Shown one piece after another: positions 1 to 8,612 of a stretch of 64,000 nt of DNA. The notes beneath the pieces were generated by a model. The model saw nothing but the letters and a program-made list of their open reading frames with translations, was not told the DNA's origin and did no database searches. The DNA is from an uncultured Alphaproteobacteria bacterium (GTDB lineage Bacteria; Pseudomonadota; Alphaproteobacteria; HIMB59; GCA-002718135), in NCBI GenBank assembly GCA_902589095.1, contig CACIRR010000001.1:17627-81626 (forward strand), read 5' to 3'. Positions within the stretch are counted from its first letter, which is position 1, and every line of letters begins with the position of its first letter. The translations under genes were made by a program, and so were the position numbers.

Positions 1-611
1 AACAAGCTGGAGATTATCCTGATATTATTGTTGGATGTACTGGTGGCGGTAGTAATTTAGCAGGATTAATGTTTCCTTTCCTTGGTCAGCAATTAAGAGG
101 TGGTCAGAAAATTGATATAATTGGATGTGAACCACTTTCCTGTCCTTCTTTTACTAAAGGCAAGTATGCATATGATCATGGAGATATGGCAAGAATGACA
201 CCGTTAATTAAAATGCACACTCTTGGATCAGACTTTTTACCACCTGCTAATCATTCTGGAGGACTTAGATATCATGGTATGTCTTATCACTTAAGTCATT
301 TATATGATCTTGGTTTAATGAGAGCAAAAGCTTATGGTCAAAAAGATTGTTTTGAGGCTGGAGTAATTTTTGGAAAACAAGAAGGAATTATTCCTGCTCC
401 TGAAGGTAATCACGCTGTTAAGGGAGCTATTGATGCAGCCCTTGAATGTAAAGAAAAGGGTGAGTCAAAGACAATTTTATTTAACTTATGTGGGCATGGA
501 CATTTTGATATGACTGCTTATGACGATTATTTTAGTGGAAAGTTAGCCGATGACTTTTATGATGAAAGTTCAGCAAATCAATCATTGTCTAAGTTACCTG
601 AAATTGCATAA
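1..611 (+). CDS. TrpB-like PLP-dependent enzyme (TrpB2 branch of tryptophan synthase beta family), 5'-truncated by window edge
   Basis: Reading frame is open from nt 3 (QAGDYPDIIVGCTGGGSNLAG...) into the track ORF 69-611. It has the GGGSN phosphate-binding loop, and the segments GGLRYHG and FNLCGHGHFD are typical of TrpB2-type rather than canonical TrpB1 proteins. Confidence 0.85.
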   Translation, partial: QAGDYPDIIVGCTGGGSNLAGLMFPFLGQQLRGGQKIDIIGCEPLSCPSFTKGKYAYDHGDMARMTPLIKMHTLGSDFLPPANHSGGLRYHGMSYHLSHLYDLGLMRAKAYGQKDCFEAGVIFGKQEGIIPAPEGNHAVKGAIDAALECKEKGESKTILFNLCGHGHFDMTAYDDYFSGKLADDFYDESSANQSLSKLPEIA

Positions 612-670
612 ATTGTTTTAGTATTAGAAATTATTGTTTTTCTTTAATAGTAAATGAAATATTGACTATA

Positions 671-747
671 TTTCAAAGGGAGAGATTAATTTATTAACGC
701 CGAAGGAGCAACGACCCGGAAACTCTCAGGCAAAAGGACCTTTGAAA
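671..747 (+). promoter_or_regulatory. Glycine riboswitch aptamer (single canonical aptamer)
   Basis: P1 is tttcaaagg (671-679) paired with cctttgaaa (739-747). Conserved cores GGGAGAG (678-684), CGCCGAAGGAGCAA (698-711) and CTCTCAGGCAAAAGGAC (723-739) match the glycine aptamer consensus. It lies 52 nt upstream of the ATG at 799. Confidence 0.85.
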
Positions 748-798
748 TTAATATCTGAAGATCTTAAATGATTAACAGAAGGGCAAGAGAGATCGAGA

Positions 799-1989
799 AT
801 GGTAGATATATGGCCTTTCTATGGTACTAGACCCTATAATCAAGACGCTAAAACATTAATAGCTCCATCTACTGATCATTTAAGTATAGAAAATATAGAA
901 ATATTTAGAAAAAATAATTATTGGAATTATCTCAAAATTTTAAATCCTGTCGGACAATTAAAAGAGAAAGACTCATTATTAGAAGCAAAAAATCATTTCA
1001 AAGAAATGAAAGATAATGATGTAATTAAAAAAGATGAAGCGTTACATTTTTATATCTATCAAATTGAACTGGGTAATCATAATCAATTGGGCTTTTTATC
1101 TTTAGCTTCAATAAAAGATTTTGAAAAAAAAATCATTAAGCCTCATGAAAAAATTTATGAAAGTAGAAAAATTGAAAGAGCAGATCAAATGATGAATTTA
1201 GGAACCCAAATAGGTCCAATTTATGTTTCGTATCCAAGTGCAAACAATATTCGAGAGTTACTTTTATCAAAAATTGACAAACCTCCATCATATGATTTTG
1301 AAAGTTTTGATAATTCTGTTCATAGATTATGGTGCATAAGTGATTTAGTTTTTATTGAAAAATTAAAAAGTTTATTAAATGATGTAAATGCATTTTATAT
1401 TGCTGACGGTCATCATCGAATGGGAGCCATGGAATATATATGTAAAAAAAATCCCTCTAATGAAAAATTTATGATAGCTGCTTTTCCTTCAGATGAATCA
1501 AAGATTTTTGATTACAATCGGGTTATCAAAGATCTTAATGGACTTTCTAAAGATGAATTTGTTAATATTTTATCAAATGATTTTAAAATTACAAAAAAAG
1601 ACTCTGCTTTTAAACCAAGCAAAAAAAATAATTTTGGGATGTATCATGAAAAACAATGGTATGCTCTTGAGTTTATTTCATCAACTGTAAGTGATAATTT
1701 TATTGATACATTGGATATAAATATCCTAAACAATTTTTGCTTTACTAAAATTTTGAATATTAAGGATGTTAATAATGATGAAAGAATTAGATTTATAGCA
1801 GGTTGCCATGGTTTAAGTGCTTTAGAAAAAAAAGTTAATGAAAATCCTGATAGTGTGGCCTTTTCTATCTTTCCATCTGAAATAACAGATGTTATTAGAG
1901 TCGCTGATGACAACTTAACTATGCCGCCCAAATCAACATGGTTTGATCCTAAACCACTTGATGGATTGGTTGTGTATGAATTTGAATAA
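799..1989 (+). CDS. DUF1015 family protein (function unknown)
   Basis: 396-aa ORF with the family-typical ADGHHR motif (YIADGHHRMGA). Its stop is 2 nt before the serC start, so it is probably co-transcribed and translationally coupled. Confidence 0.8.
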   Translation: MVDIWPFYGTRPYNQDAKTLIAPSTDHLSIENIEIFRKNNYWNYLKILNPVGQLKEKDSLLEAKNHFKEMKDNDVIKKDEALHFYIYQIELGNHNQLGFLSLASIKDFEKKIIKPHEKIYESRKIERADQMMNLGTQIGPIYVSYPSANNIRELLLSKIDKPPSYDFESFDNSVHRLWCISDLVFIEKLKSLLNDVNAFYIADGHHRMGAMEYICKKNPSNEKFMIAAFPSDESKIFDYNRVIKDLNGLSKDEFVNILSNDFKITKKDSAFKPSKKNNFGMYHEKQWYALEFISSTVSDNFIDTLDINILNNFCFTKILNIKDVNNDERIRFIAGCHGLSALEKKVNENPDSVAFSIFPSEITDVIRVADDNLTMPPKSTWFDPKPLDGLVVYEFE

Positions 1990-1991
1990 CT

Positions 1992-3155
1992 ATGGAAAAA
2001 CCTAATAAAAAACCTAATAATCCAAATTTCTCAAGTGGTCCCTGCGCTAAAAGACCTGGGTGGAAAATTGAAAATTTAATTAATGCAAATACAGGTAGAT
2101 CCCATAGGTCAGGTGAAGCAAAATTAAAACTTAAGCTAGTTATTGATAAATCAAAAGAATTATTGAAACTACCTGATGATTATGTTGTAGGTATTATGCC
2201 TGGCTCTGATACTGGTGCCTTAGAGGCATCTCTATGGTCTTTATTAGGTCAAAGAGGTGTTGACATACTAGCTTGGGAAAATTTTGGTAAAGATTGGATA
2301 CAAGATGTTGTCAAACAACTTCAAATTGAAAATTTAACGGTGCATGATGTTGATTATGGTCAATTTCCTGATGTAAGTAGAGTTAATTTCAAAAATGATG
2401 TTGTTTTTACATGGAACGGAACCACTTCTGGAGTTAAAGTTCCAAATGCTGACTGGATACCTGACAATAGAGAAGGTTTAACAATATGTGATGCTACCTC
2501 TGCAATTTTTGCAATGCCTATTGATTACAAAAAATGTGATGTTCTTACTTGGTCTTGGCAAAAAGTATTAGGAGGGGAGGCTGCACATGGAATGATTGCA
2601 ATGTCGCCACGAGCTCTGAGTCGATTAGAGAGTTTTAAGCCTTTATGGCCAATACCCAAGGTTTTTAGAATTGCTAATAACAACAAAATTATAAAAGGTA
2701 TTTTTGAGGGAAGTACAATTAACACACCCTCAATGATTTGTGTTGAAGATGCTCTGGATGGACTTAATTGGGCAGAAAAAAATGGGGGTTTGAATTTTCT
2801 ATTAGATACTTCAATTAAATCTTTTAACTTAATTTATAATTGGGTTGAAAAAAATAATTGGATAACTTTTTTATCTGAAAACAAAAGTAAGGAATACTTA
2901 TCAAATACTGGAATTACATTTAAAATATGTGAAGATTGGTATTTATCAAAAAATGAAGATGAACAAAGATCAATTGTCAAAAAAATTTGCAAAAAATTAT
3001 CCGATGAAAATGTCGCTCATGATATTAATGGTTATGCAAAAGCACCACCATCTTTTAGAGTATGGGCGGGAGGCACCGTTGAACCTTCAAATATTGAATT
3101 ATTACTCCCTTGGTTAGATTGGGCATATTCAGAAGTAAAGAAATCTTATGCCTAA
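1992..3155 (+). CDS. serC: Phosphoserine aminotransferase (long, alphaproteobacterial-type SerC)
   Basis: 387 aa. The N-terminus PNNPNFSSGPCAKRPGW and overall layout are typical of ~390-aa phosphoserine transaminases. It overlaps serA by 8 nt (ATGCCTAA). Confidence 0.88.
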   Translation: MEKPNKKPNNPNFSSGPCAKRPGWKIENLINANTGRSHRSGEAKLKLKLVIDKSKELLKLPDDYVVGIMPGSDTGALEASLWSLLGQRGVDILAWENFGKDWIQDVVKQLQIENLTVHDVDYGQFPDVSRVNFKNDVVFTWNGTTSGVKVPNADWIPDNREGLTICDATSAIFAMPIDYKKCDVLTWSWQKVLGGEAAHGMIAMSPRALSRLESFKPLWPIPKVFRIANNNKIIKGIFEGSTINTPSMICVEDALDGLNWAEKNGGLNFLLDTSIKSFNLIYNWVEKNNWITFLSENKSKEYLSNTGITFKICEDWYLSKNEDEQRSIVKKICKKLSDENVAHDINGYAKAPPSFRVWAGGTVEPSNIELLLPWLDWAYSEVKKSYA

Positions 3156-4086
3156 AGTACTTATTTCAGATGCTATGGATGACATCGCTGAAAAAATACT
3201 TTTATCAAATAATATTAAAGTTGATGTCATGACAAATTTCACACCTGACGAACTTAATCAAAATATTAATTCCTATGATGGGCTAATTGTTCGTTCAGCA
3301 ACTCAAGTGAATAAAGAATTAATAGAAAATGCAAAAAATTTAAAGGTGGTTGGTAGAGCTGGTGCTGGAGTTGATAATATTGATATAAAGGCAGCTAAAC
3401 AGAAAAATATTATTGTAATGAATACTCCTGGAGGGAACACAAATGCTACAGCAGAACATACTTTAGCTTTACTATTATCCTTATCAAGAAAAATTTCTAA
3501 AGCTGATATTACAACACATAAGGGTGAATGGGCAAAGAAAAGTTTAAAAGGAAATGAAATTAAAGGTAAAACTATTGGTATTATTGGTTTTGGAAATGTT
3601 GGTAAAAGATTTGCACAAATGTGTAACGCCCTTGGACTTAAGGTTCTAATATATTCAAAAACATTTGATGCAATTAAAAACGAATTTCCAGATTATATGT
3701 CTTGTGATTTGAATAAAATTTTAAAAGAAGCAGATATAATTAGCTTTCATTGCAAACCAAATCCAGATGGATCCTCAATCATAAGTGCTAAAGAAATTAA
3801 CATTATGAAAAAAAACGTATTAATAATTAATACTGCAAGAGGTAATTTAGTTTCTGAAATAGATTTGAAAGATGCGATTAAAAATAAAACGATTGGTGGT
3901 GTTGCTCTAGATGTTTATGAGGAGGAACCAGCTAAAAATAATATTTTATTTGGATTGGACAATGTATTATTAACCCCCCATATTGCTGCCTCAACTGTTG
4001 AAGCTCAGATAATTGTTGCTGAAATGATAGCAAATCAGTTTGTTGACTTTTTTTTAAAAAATAAGGTTAGTAATTCTGTTATTTAA
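3148..4086 (+). CDS. serA: D-3-phosphoglycerate dehydrogenase, short form without ASB/ACT regulatory domains
   Basis: 312 aa. It has the SerA-type N-terminus (VLISD...DGLIVRSATQV...VVGRAGAGVDNIDI...MNTPGGNTNATAEHT), an NAD fold GIIGFGNVGK, and ends right after the catalytic domain. Confidence 0.82.
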   Translation: MPKVLISDAMDDIAEKILLSNNIKVDVMTNFTPDELNQNINSYDGLIVRSATQVNKELIENAKNLKVVGRAGAGVDNIDIKAAKQKNIIVMNTPGGNTNATAEHTLALLLSLSRKISKADITTHKGEWAKKSLKGNEIKGKTIGIIGFGNVGKRFAQMCNALGLKVLIYSKTFDAIKNEFPDYMSCDLNKILKEADIISFHCKPNPDGSSIISAKEINIMKKNVLIINTARGNLVSEIDLKDAIKNKTIGGVALDVYEEEPAKNNILFGLDNVLLTPHIAASTVEAQIIVAEMIANQFVDFFLKNKVSNSVI

Positions 4087-5959
4087 TAAAAAGTTCAGTA
4101 AGACTTTCCATATATCCAGTAGGATTTGACAATACGTTGCCATCTAATATGTTTGCTTGATCCAGAATAACTTGAGAGATTTTTTTATGATCAAAAGAAC
4201 TAAGATTTTCAGATATTTTAACAATCATTGGATGTTCAGCGTTAATTTCTAGTATTTTTTTTGAATCTGGAGTTTTTTGATTATGCATTTTCATTAATTT
4301 TTCCATATTTATATCCATACCTGACTCTTCAGCTACTAATAATACTGGACTTTTAGTTAATCTATTTGAGATGATAACATCTGATATACTCTCTTTAAGT
4401 TCTTCTTTTAAAAGAACAGCTAAATTGTTGATATTATTATTTATTTTTTTATCACTATCTTTTTTAGTTTCTTTGTTTTCACCAACTTTCGATAAATCAA
4501 CTTTACCCTTTGAAATGGATTTAAAATCATAATCTTTATATTTTCCAATATTTTGTAACCAAAATTCATCTACTGCGTCTGTCATAAACAATACAGGTAC
4601 TTTTTTATCGGTAAAAGCCTCCAATTGAGGTGAATTTTGAATATGGTCTTTATCCGTATTTGCAAAATAATATATTTCTTTTTGGTCTTTAACCATACTC
4701 TCTACATATTTGTCCAATGACATGAACTCTTTATTCATGGAGTTTTCAAATCTCAATAGAGTTAGTATTTTTTCATGATGATCATTAAACTCGTACAGAC
4801 CTTCCTTAATTACTGCTCCAAAATTTTTCCAAAAATCTAAAAATTTATTGTTATCTTTTTTTGCCAAAGTACTAATTTCATTTAATACTTTATTCGTTAT
4901 TCCTTTTTTTATTTTTTCAATCACAGGATTATTTTGTAACATTTCCCTACTGATGTTGAGCGATATATCTTGAGAGTCTACTACACCAGGAACAAAACGT
5001 AACCAATTTGGCATAATTTCATCACATTCATCTGTGATAAAAACTTTTTGAACGTATAATTTAATTTTATTTTTTCTCTCTGAGTTAAATAAATCCATTG
5101 GTTGGTTTGTTGGAAGGTACAAAAGTGCCTTATAATTGATAACGCCTTCAGCATTATAATGAATTGTTTTGAGTGGCTCATCAAAGTTAAAAGAAATATT
5201 ATTATAGAATTGTTTATAATCTTCTTCTTTAATATCTTTTTTTTCTTTTAACCAAAGAGGATCACCTTCATTAATTTTTTCTTCTTTTTCTTTAGAGTTA
5301 TCAAGATCATCAAGGATTATTGGAAAAGGTATATAGTTTGAATATTTTGTAATTATTGATCTTAATCTAAAAGAGTCTAAAAATTCATCCGCATCTTTTT
5401 TTATTAGTAGTTTGATTGTTGTCCCACGCTTTTTATTATCATTTTTTTCAATTGAGTAATTTTCTTTTCCATTTGATTTCCATAAATAACTATCTTCTGC
5501 TTCAGCTCCTTTTGAGATAACCTCTACATTATCAGCAACCATGTAAGAAGAATAAAAACCAACACCAAATTGACCAATTGCTGATACGTCTGTTTCTTTT
5601 TTGTTTTTCATTGCCTCCATAAATTTAGAAGTTCCTGAACGCGCAATTGTTCCAAGATTATCAATTAATTCTTGTTCAGTCATCCCTATGCCGTTGTCTT
5701 GAATTTCTATATATTTTTTCTTTTTTGAGACTCGAACATTAATTTTTAAATCTACATCATCGCCAAGTATATTTTTCTTAGATAAAGACTGATACCTTAA
5801 TTTTTCACAGGCATCTGCTGAATTAGATATTAACTCCCTTAGGAATATTTCTCTTTCACTATAAAGAGAGTTTGCCACTAGATCTAAAAGTTTACTAACT
5901 TCTGCTTGAAAACTATGATTTTTTGCTGTTTTTTCTGTCATTTTGAATGATTTAAGCAC
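4079..5959 (-). CDS. htpG: Molecular chaperone HtpG (Hsp90)
   Basis: 626 aa with a canonical Hsp90 N-terminal ATPase signature (FQAEVSKLLDLVANSLYSEREIFLRELISNSADACEKLRY, GQFGVGFYS). Confidence 0.96.
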   Translation of the reverse strand: MLKSFKMTEKTAKNHSFQAEVSKLLDLVANSLYSEREIFLRELISNSADACEKLRYQSLSKKNILGDDVDLKINVRVSKKKKYIEIQDNGIGMTEQELIDNLGTIARSGTSKFMEAMKNKKETDVSAIGQFGVGFYSSYMVADNVEVISKGAEAEDSYLWKSNGKENYSIEKNDNKKRGTTIKLLIKKDADEFLDSFRLRSIITKYSNYIPFPIILDDLDNSKEKEEKINEGDPLWLKEKKDIKEEDYKQFYNNISFNFDEPLKTIHYNAEGVINYKALLYLPTNQPMDLFNSERKNKIKLYVQKVFITDECDEIMPNWLRFVPGVVDSQDISLNISREMLQNNPVIEKIKKGITNKVLNEISTLAKKDNNKFLDFWKNFGAVIKEGLYEFNDHHEKILTLLRFENSMNKEFMSLDKYVESMVKDQKEIYYFANTDKDHIQNSPQLEAFTDKKVPVLFMTDAVDEFWLQNIGKYKDYDFKSISKGKVDLSKVGENKETKKDSDKKINNNINNLAVLLKEELKESISDVIISNRLTKSPVLLVAEESGMDINMEKLMKMHNQKTPDSKKILEINAEHPMIVKISENLSSFDHKKISQVILDQANILDGNVLSNPTGYMESLTELFIK

Positions 5960-6025
5960 TCATAAATAATATTCAATAGGTTGCAATAAATTTTTGCCAT
6001 AATTAATCTTATTACTATTAAATTT

Positions 6026-6658
6026 ATGTTAATACGTCGCTTTATGACATTTGATAGCCTGCTTAAATTATTATCTATTTTATTTATTTTTGTTGTTGCA
6101 TGTACCTCCAATCAACAAATTAATACTGCTGACTCATGCATTATTTTTGATCAGAAAAAAAATTGGTATAAAGCTACAAAAAAATCATACGATAATTGGA
6201 ATACCCCAATTGCCTTACAGTTAGCTATTATCAATCAAGAGTCTTCATTTAAACAATTTGCCAAACCTGAGAGAAAAAAAATATTTGGCATTATTCCTGG
6301 TTCACGACCTTCTACTGCTTTTGGTTATGCTCAAGTAACTAATCCTACATGGGATTGGTATAAAACAAAAACAGGAAACAAAAATGCTTCTAGAGCAAAC
6401 TTTTCTGATATTACAGATTTTATAGGTTGGTACACAACCCAAAGCGAAAAACTAGTTGGTATATCGAAAAACGATTATTATAATCAATATCTAGCATATC
6501 ACGAGGGTCAAGGTGGTTGGAAAAAAGAGTCATACCTTGAAAAGAAATGGCTAATTGAAGTGGCTAAAACGGTTGAAAGAAATGCAAAAATGTATAACAA
6601 TCAATTAAAAGAGTGTGAAGACAAATTAAATAAGAAAGGTTTTTTTGGAATTTTTTAA
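6026..6658 (+). CDS. Lipoprotein with lytic-transglycosylase (SLT)-like domain
   Basis: Signal peptide with lipobox (FVVAC). The QESSF...GYAQV segment resembles the SLT catalytic E-S and AQ motifs. Confidence 0.55.
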   Translation: MLIRRFMTFDSLLKLLSILFIFVVACTSNQQINTADSCIIFDQKKNWYKATKKSYDNWNTPIALQLAIINQESSFKQFAKPERKKIFGIIPGSRPSTAFGYAQVTNPTWDWYKTKTGNKNASRANFSDITDFIGWYTTQSEKLVGISKNDYYNQYLAYHEGQGGWKKESYLEKKWLIEVAKTVERNAKMYNNQLKECEDKLNKKGFFGIF

Positions 6659-7836
6659 TGGTTGTTTCTAATAGAATTAATCAAATGTATGATGAAATGA
6701 AGACTTGGAGGCAAGATCTGCATCGCATACCAGAAATTGGACTAGAAGAATATGAAACATCTCAATATATCAAATCTAAACTTTCTGAACTTAAAATAGA
6801 ATTCAAAGAGGGATACGCTAATACAGGAATAGTCGCCCGTATTAAAGGATCTCAGGGTAATAGTGATAGGTCTATTGGTCTTAGAGCTGATTTTGATGCA
6901 TTGCCAATGCCTGAAAAAAATGACTTTGACCACAAATCAACAAAAGAGGGAATGATGCATGCATGTGGCCATGATGGTCATACCTCTATGCTTTTAGGGG
7001 CTGCAAAATATTTAAGTGAAAATAATGACTTTGATGGGAATGTGTATTTAATCTTTCAGCCAGGTGAAGAAGGTTTTGCTGGGGGTGAAAAAATGATTCA
7101 AGATGGCATGTTTAATGATTTTAAAATTGATGAAGTTTATGCATTGCACAATTGGCCGGAATTACCCTTAGGTTCGATTGGAGTGAATAGCGGGCCTATG
7201 ATGGCTGCAGTTGATGAGTTTGATATTATTGTAAAAGGTAAAGGAGGGCATGCAGCTATTCCTCAGCTGGCTATAGATCCAGTAGTTATCGCATCTCAAA
7301 TCGTATTAGCTGTTCAAACAATTGTTAGTAGATCTACTGACCCAGTAGATAAGGCATTGATAAGCATCACTAAAATTAGTGGTGGGACTGCATACAATGT
7401 AATTGATGATAGTGTTAAAATGGGAGGTACAATAAGAACCTTCAAACCTGAAACAAGAGCATTTTATGAAAAAAAATTAAATGAAATTTCCTCTGGTATT
7501 GCTAAAGCAAATGGTGCGGATGCTGACGTAGAGTTTCATTTAACAAACAAATATCCTCCAACTATTAATTCAAAAAAAGAAAGTGAATTTGCTGCAAGTG
7601 TAGCAAAAAAAATTTTTGGAGAGTCTAACGTTAATACAAATATTGAGCCTTCGATGGGTGGAGAGGATTTTTCATATTTATTAGAAAAAAAACCTGGTTC
7701 CTATCTTTATATTGGTCAAGGGGATGAAAATCATAAAGCTCATCTTCATACAACTAAATATGATTTTAACGACAATCTTTTGCCCATAGGTGTAAATTTT
7801 TGGGTAGAATTGGTAAAAGAATATTTTTCAAAATAA
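6658..7836 (+). CDS. M20 family amidohydrolase (N-acyl-amino acid / hippurate hydrolase-like)
   Basis: 392 aa. Motifs MHACGHDGH, FQPGEEG and GGEDFS are typical of the M20D amidohydrolase subfamily. Confidence 0.85.
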   Translation: MVVSNRINQMYDEMKTWRQDLHRIPEIGLEEYETSQYIKSKLSELKIEFKEGYANTGIVARIKGSQGNSDRSIGLRADFDALPMPEKNDFDHKSTKEGMMHACGHDGHTSMLLGAAKYLSENNDFDGNVYLIFQPGEEGFAGGEKMIQDGMFNDFKIDEVYALHNWPELPLGSIGVNSGPMMAAVDEFDIIVKGKGGHAAIPQLAIDPVVIASQIVLAVQTIVSRSTDPVDKALISITKISGGTAYNVIDDSVKMGGTIRTFKPETRAFYEKKLNEISSGIAKANGADADVEFHLTNKYPPTINSKKESEFAASVAKKIFGESNVNTNIEPSMGGEDFSYLLEKKPGSYLYIGQGDENHKAHLHTTKYDFNDNLLPIGVNFWVELVKEYFSK

Positions 7837-7847
7837 CAAAAGTCTAA

Positions 7848-8609
7848 ATGTTTAATTTTTTTGCTATTTTTACGATAGTAAGATTTAGAATCAGAGAATT
7901 TACATCAGAATATCATTATTCAATTTTAGCACCTCTTACATCTAATCTTTTATTTGTAATTATCTTTTCAACTATCGATAGATATTACGCTTTATCAAAT
8001 GAGAATCTCTCTTTTATGCAATTTTTGATTCCTGGGTTGATAATCATGGTTGTGGCTCAGGAGAGTTTTGATAATCCCTCAATATCTATAGTTAATAGTA
8101 AGCAAATAGGATCATTTGATGATTTTCTTGTAGCACCAATCTCTAGAGTTGAAATTTTTGGAGCATATTTAATTTCTCAAATATTTATTGGACTATTCCT
8201 TGGTTTTTTAAATTTTTTAATTTTATCTTTTTTTATCTCTTATAACTATTTTTCATTAATAAGTTTTTTGTATTATCTTATATTAGTAATTGTATTTTTC
8301 TCATCCTTAGGCTCTCTTATAGGATTTCTAGCTTATCGTTGGGACACGATTAGTACAGTTTCTAACTTTTTTGTCAGTCCTATAAACTTTCTATCTGGAA
8401 CTTTTTTTTCAATAAATGCTCTTCCAGAGAATATAAAGTATATTCTTTTGTATAATCCTTATTATTATTTAATTACATATTTCAGAGACTCATTTTATGT
8501 AAAGAATGATGTAGATTATTATCTTAATTTGATAATTTTTATTTTTGTATTTTCATTCTTATTGATAACAGGTTATATTTTTAATAGAGGATATAAAGTA
8601 ATTAAATAA
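7848..8609 (+). CDS. ABC-2 type transporter permease (no adjacent ATPase)
   Basis: 253 aa, six predicted hydrophobic spans, ABC-2/YadH-like layout. No partner ATPase gene is adjacent. Confidence 0.6.
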   Translation: MFNFFAIFTIVRFRIREFTSEYHYSILAPLTSNLLFVIIFSTIDRYYALSNENLSFMQFLIPGLIIMVVAQESFDNPSISIVNSKQIGSFDDFLVAPISRVEIFGAYLISQIFIGLFLGFLNFLILSFFISYNYFSLISFLYYLILVIVFFSSLGSLIGFLAYRWDTISTVSNFFVSPINFLSGTFFSINALPENIKYILLYNPYYYLITYFRDSFYVKNDVDYYLNLIIFIFVFSFLLITGYIFNRGYKVIK

Positions 8610-8612
8610 TAA

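Noticed and set aside
612-670. A promoter for the riboswitch transcript or a terminator for the TrpB2 gene.
   Set aside because: Candidate hexamers (TTGTTT at 634-639, AAATAT at 657-662, TTGACT at 662-667) are either weak or too close to P1. No GC-rich hairpin with a T-tract is visible, so no call was made.
1493-1931. Track ORFs nested in or antisense to long conserved genes. These are 1493-1690(+), 1644-1931(-), and about 25 similar 60-125-aa ORFs such as 2525-2725, 4981-5184, 8644-9171, 27245-27619, 33470-33775, 39262-39636, 55013-55288 and 63670-63999.
   Set aside because: All lie within genes that have strong family signatures on the other frame or strand. Their translations are low-complexity (Ile/Leu/Phe/Ser/Lys rich), as expected for shadow ORFs in AT-rich DNA, and none has a ribosome-binding site or motif.
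5960-6025. A sigma-32 heat-shock promoter upstream of htpG.
   Set aside because: On the minus strand, TTGCAA followed about 16-17 nt later by TTATGAGTG only loosely resembles CTTG-N17-CYTATNTNG. In DNA this AT-rich the match is not distinguishable from chance.
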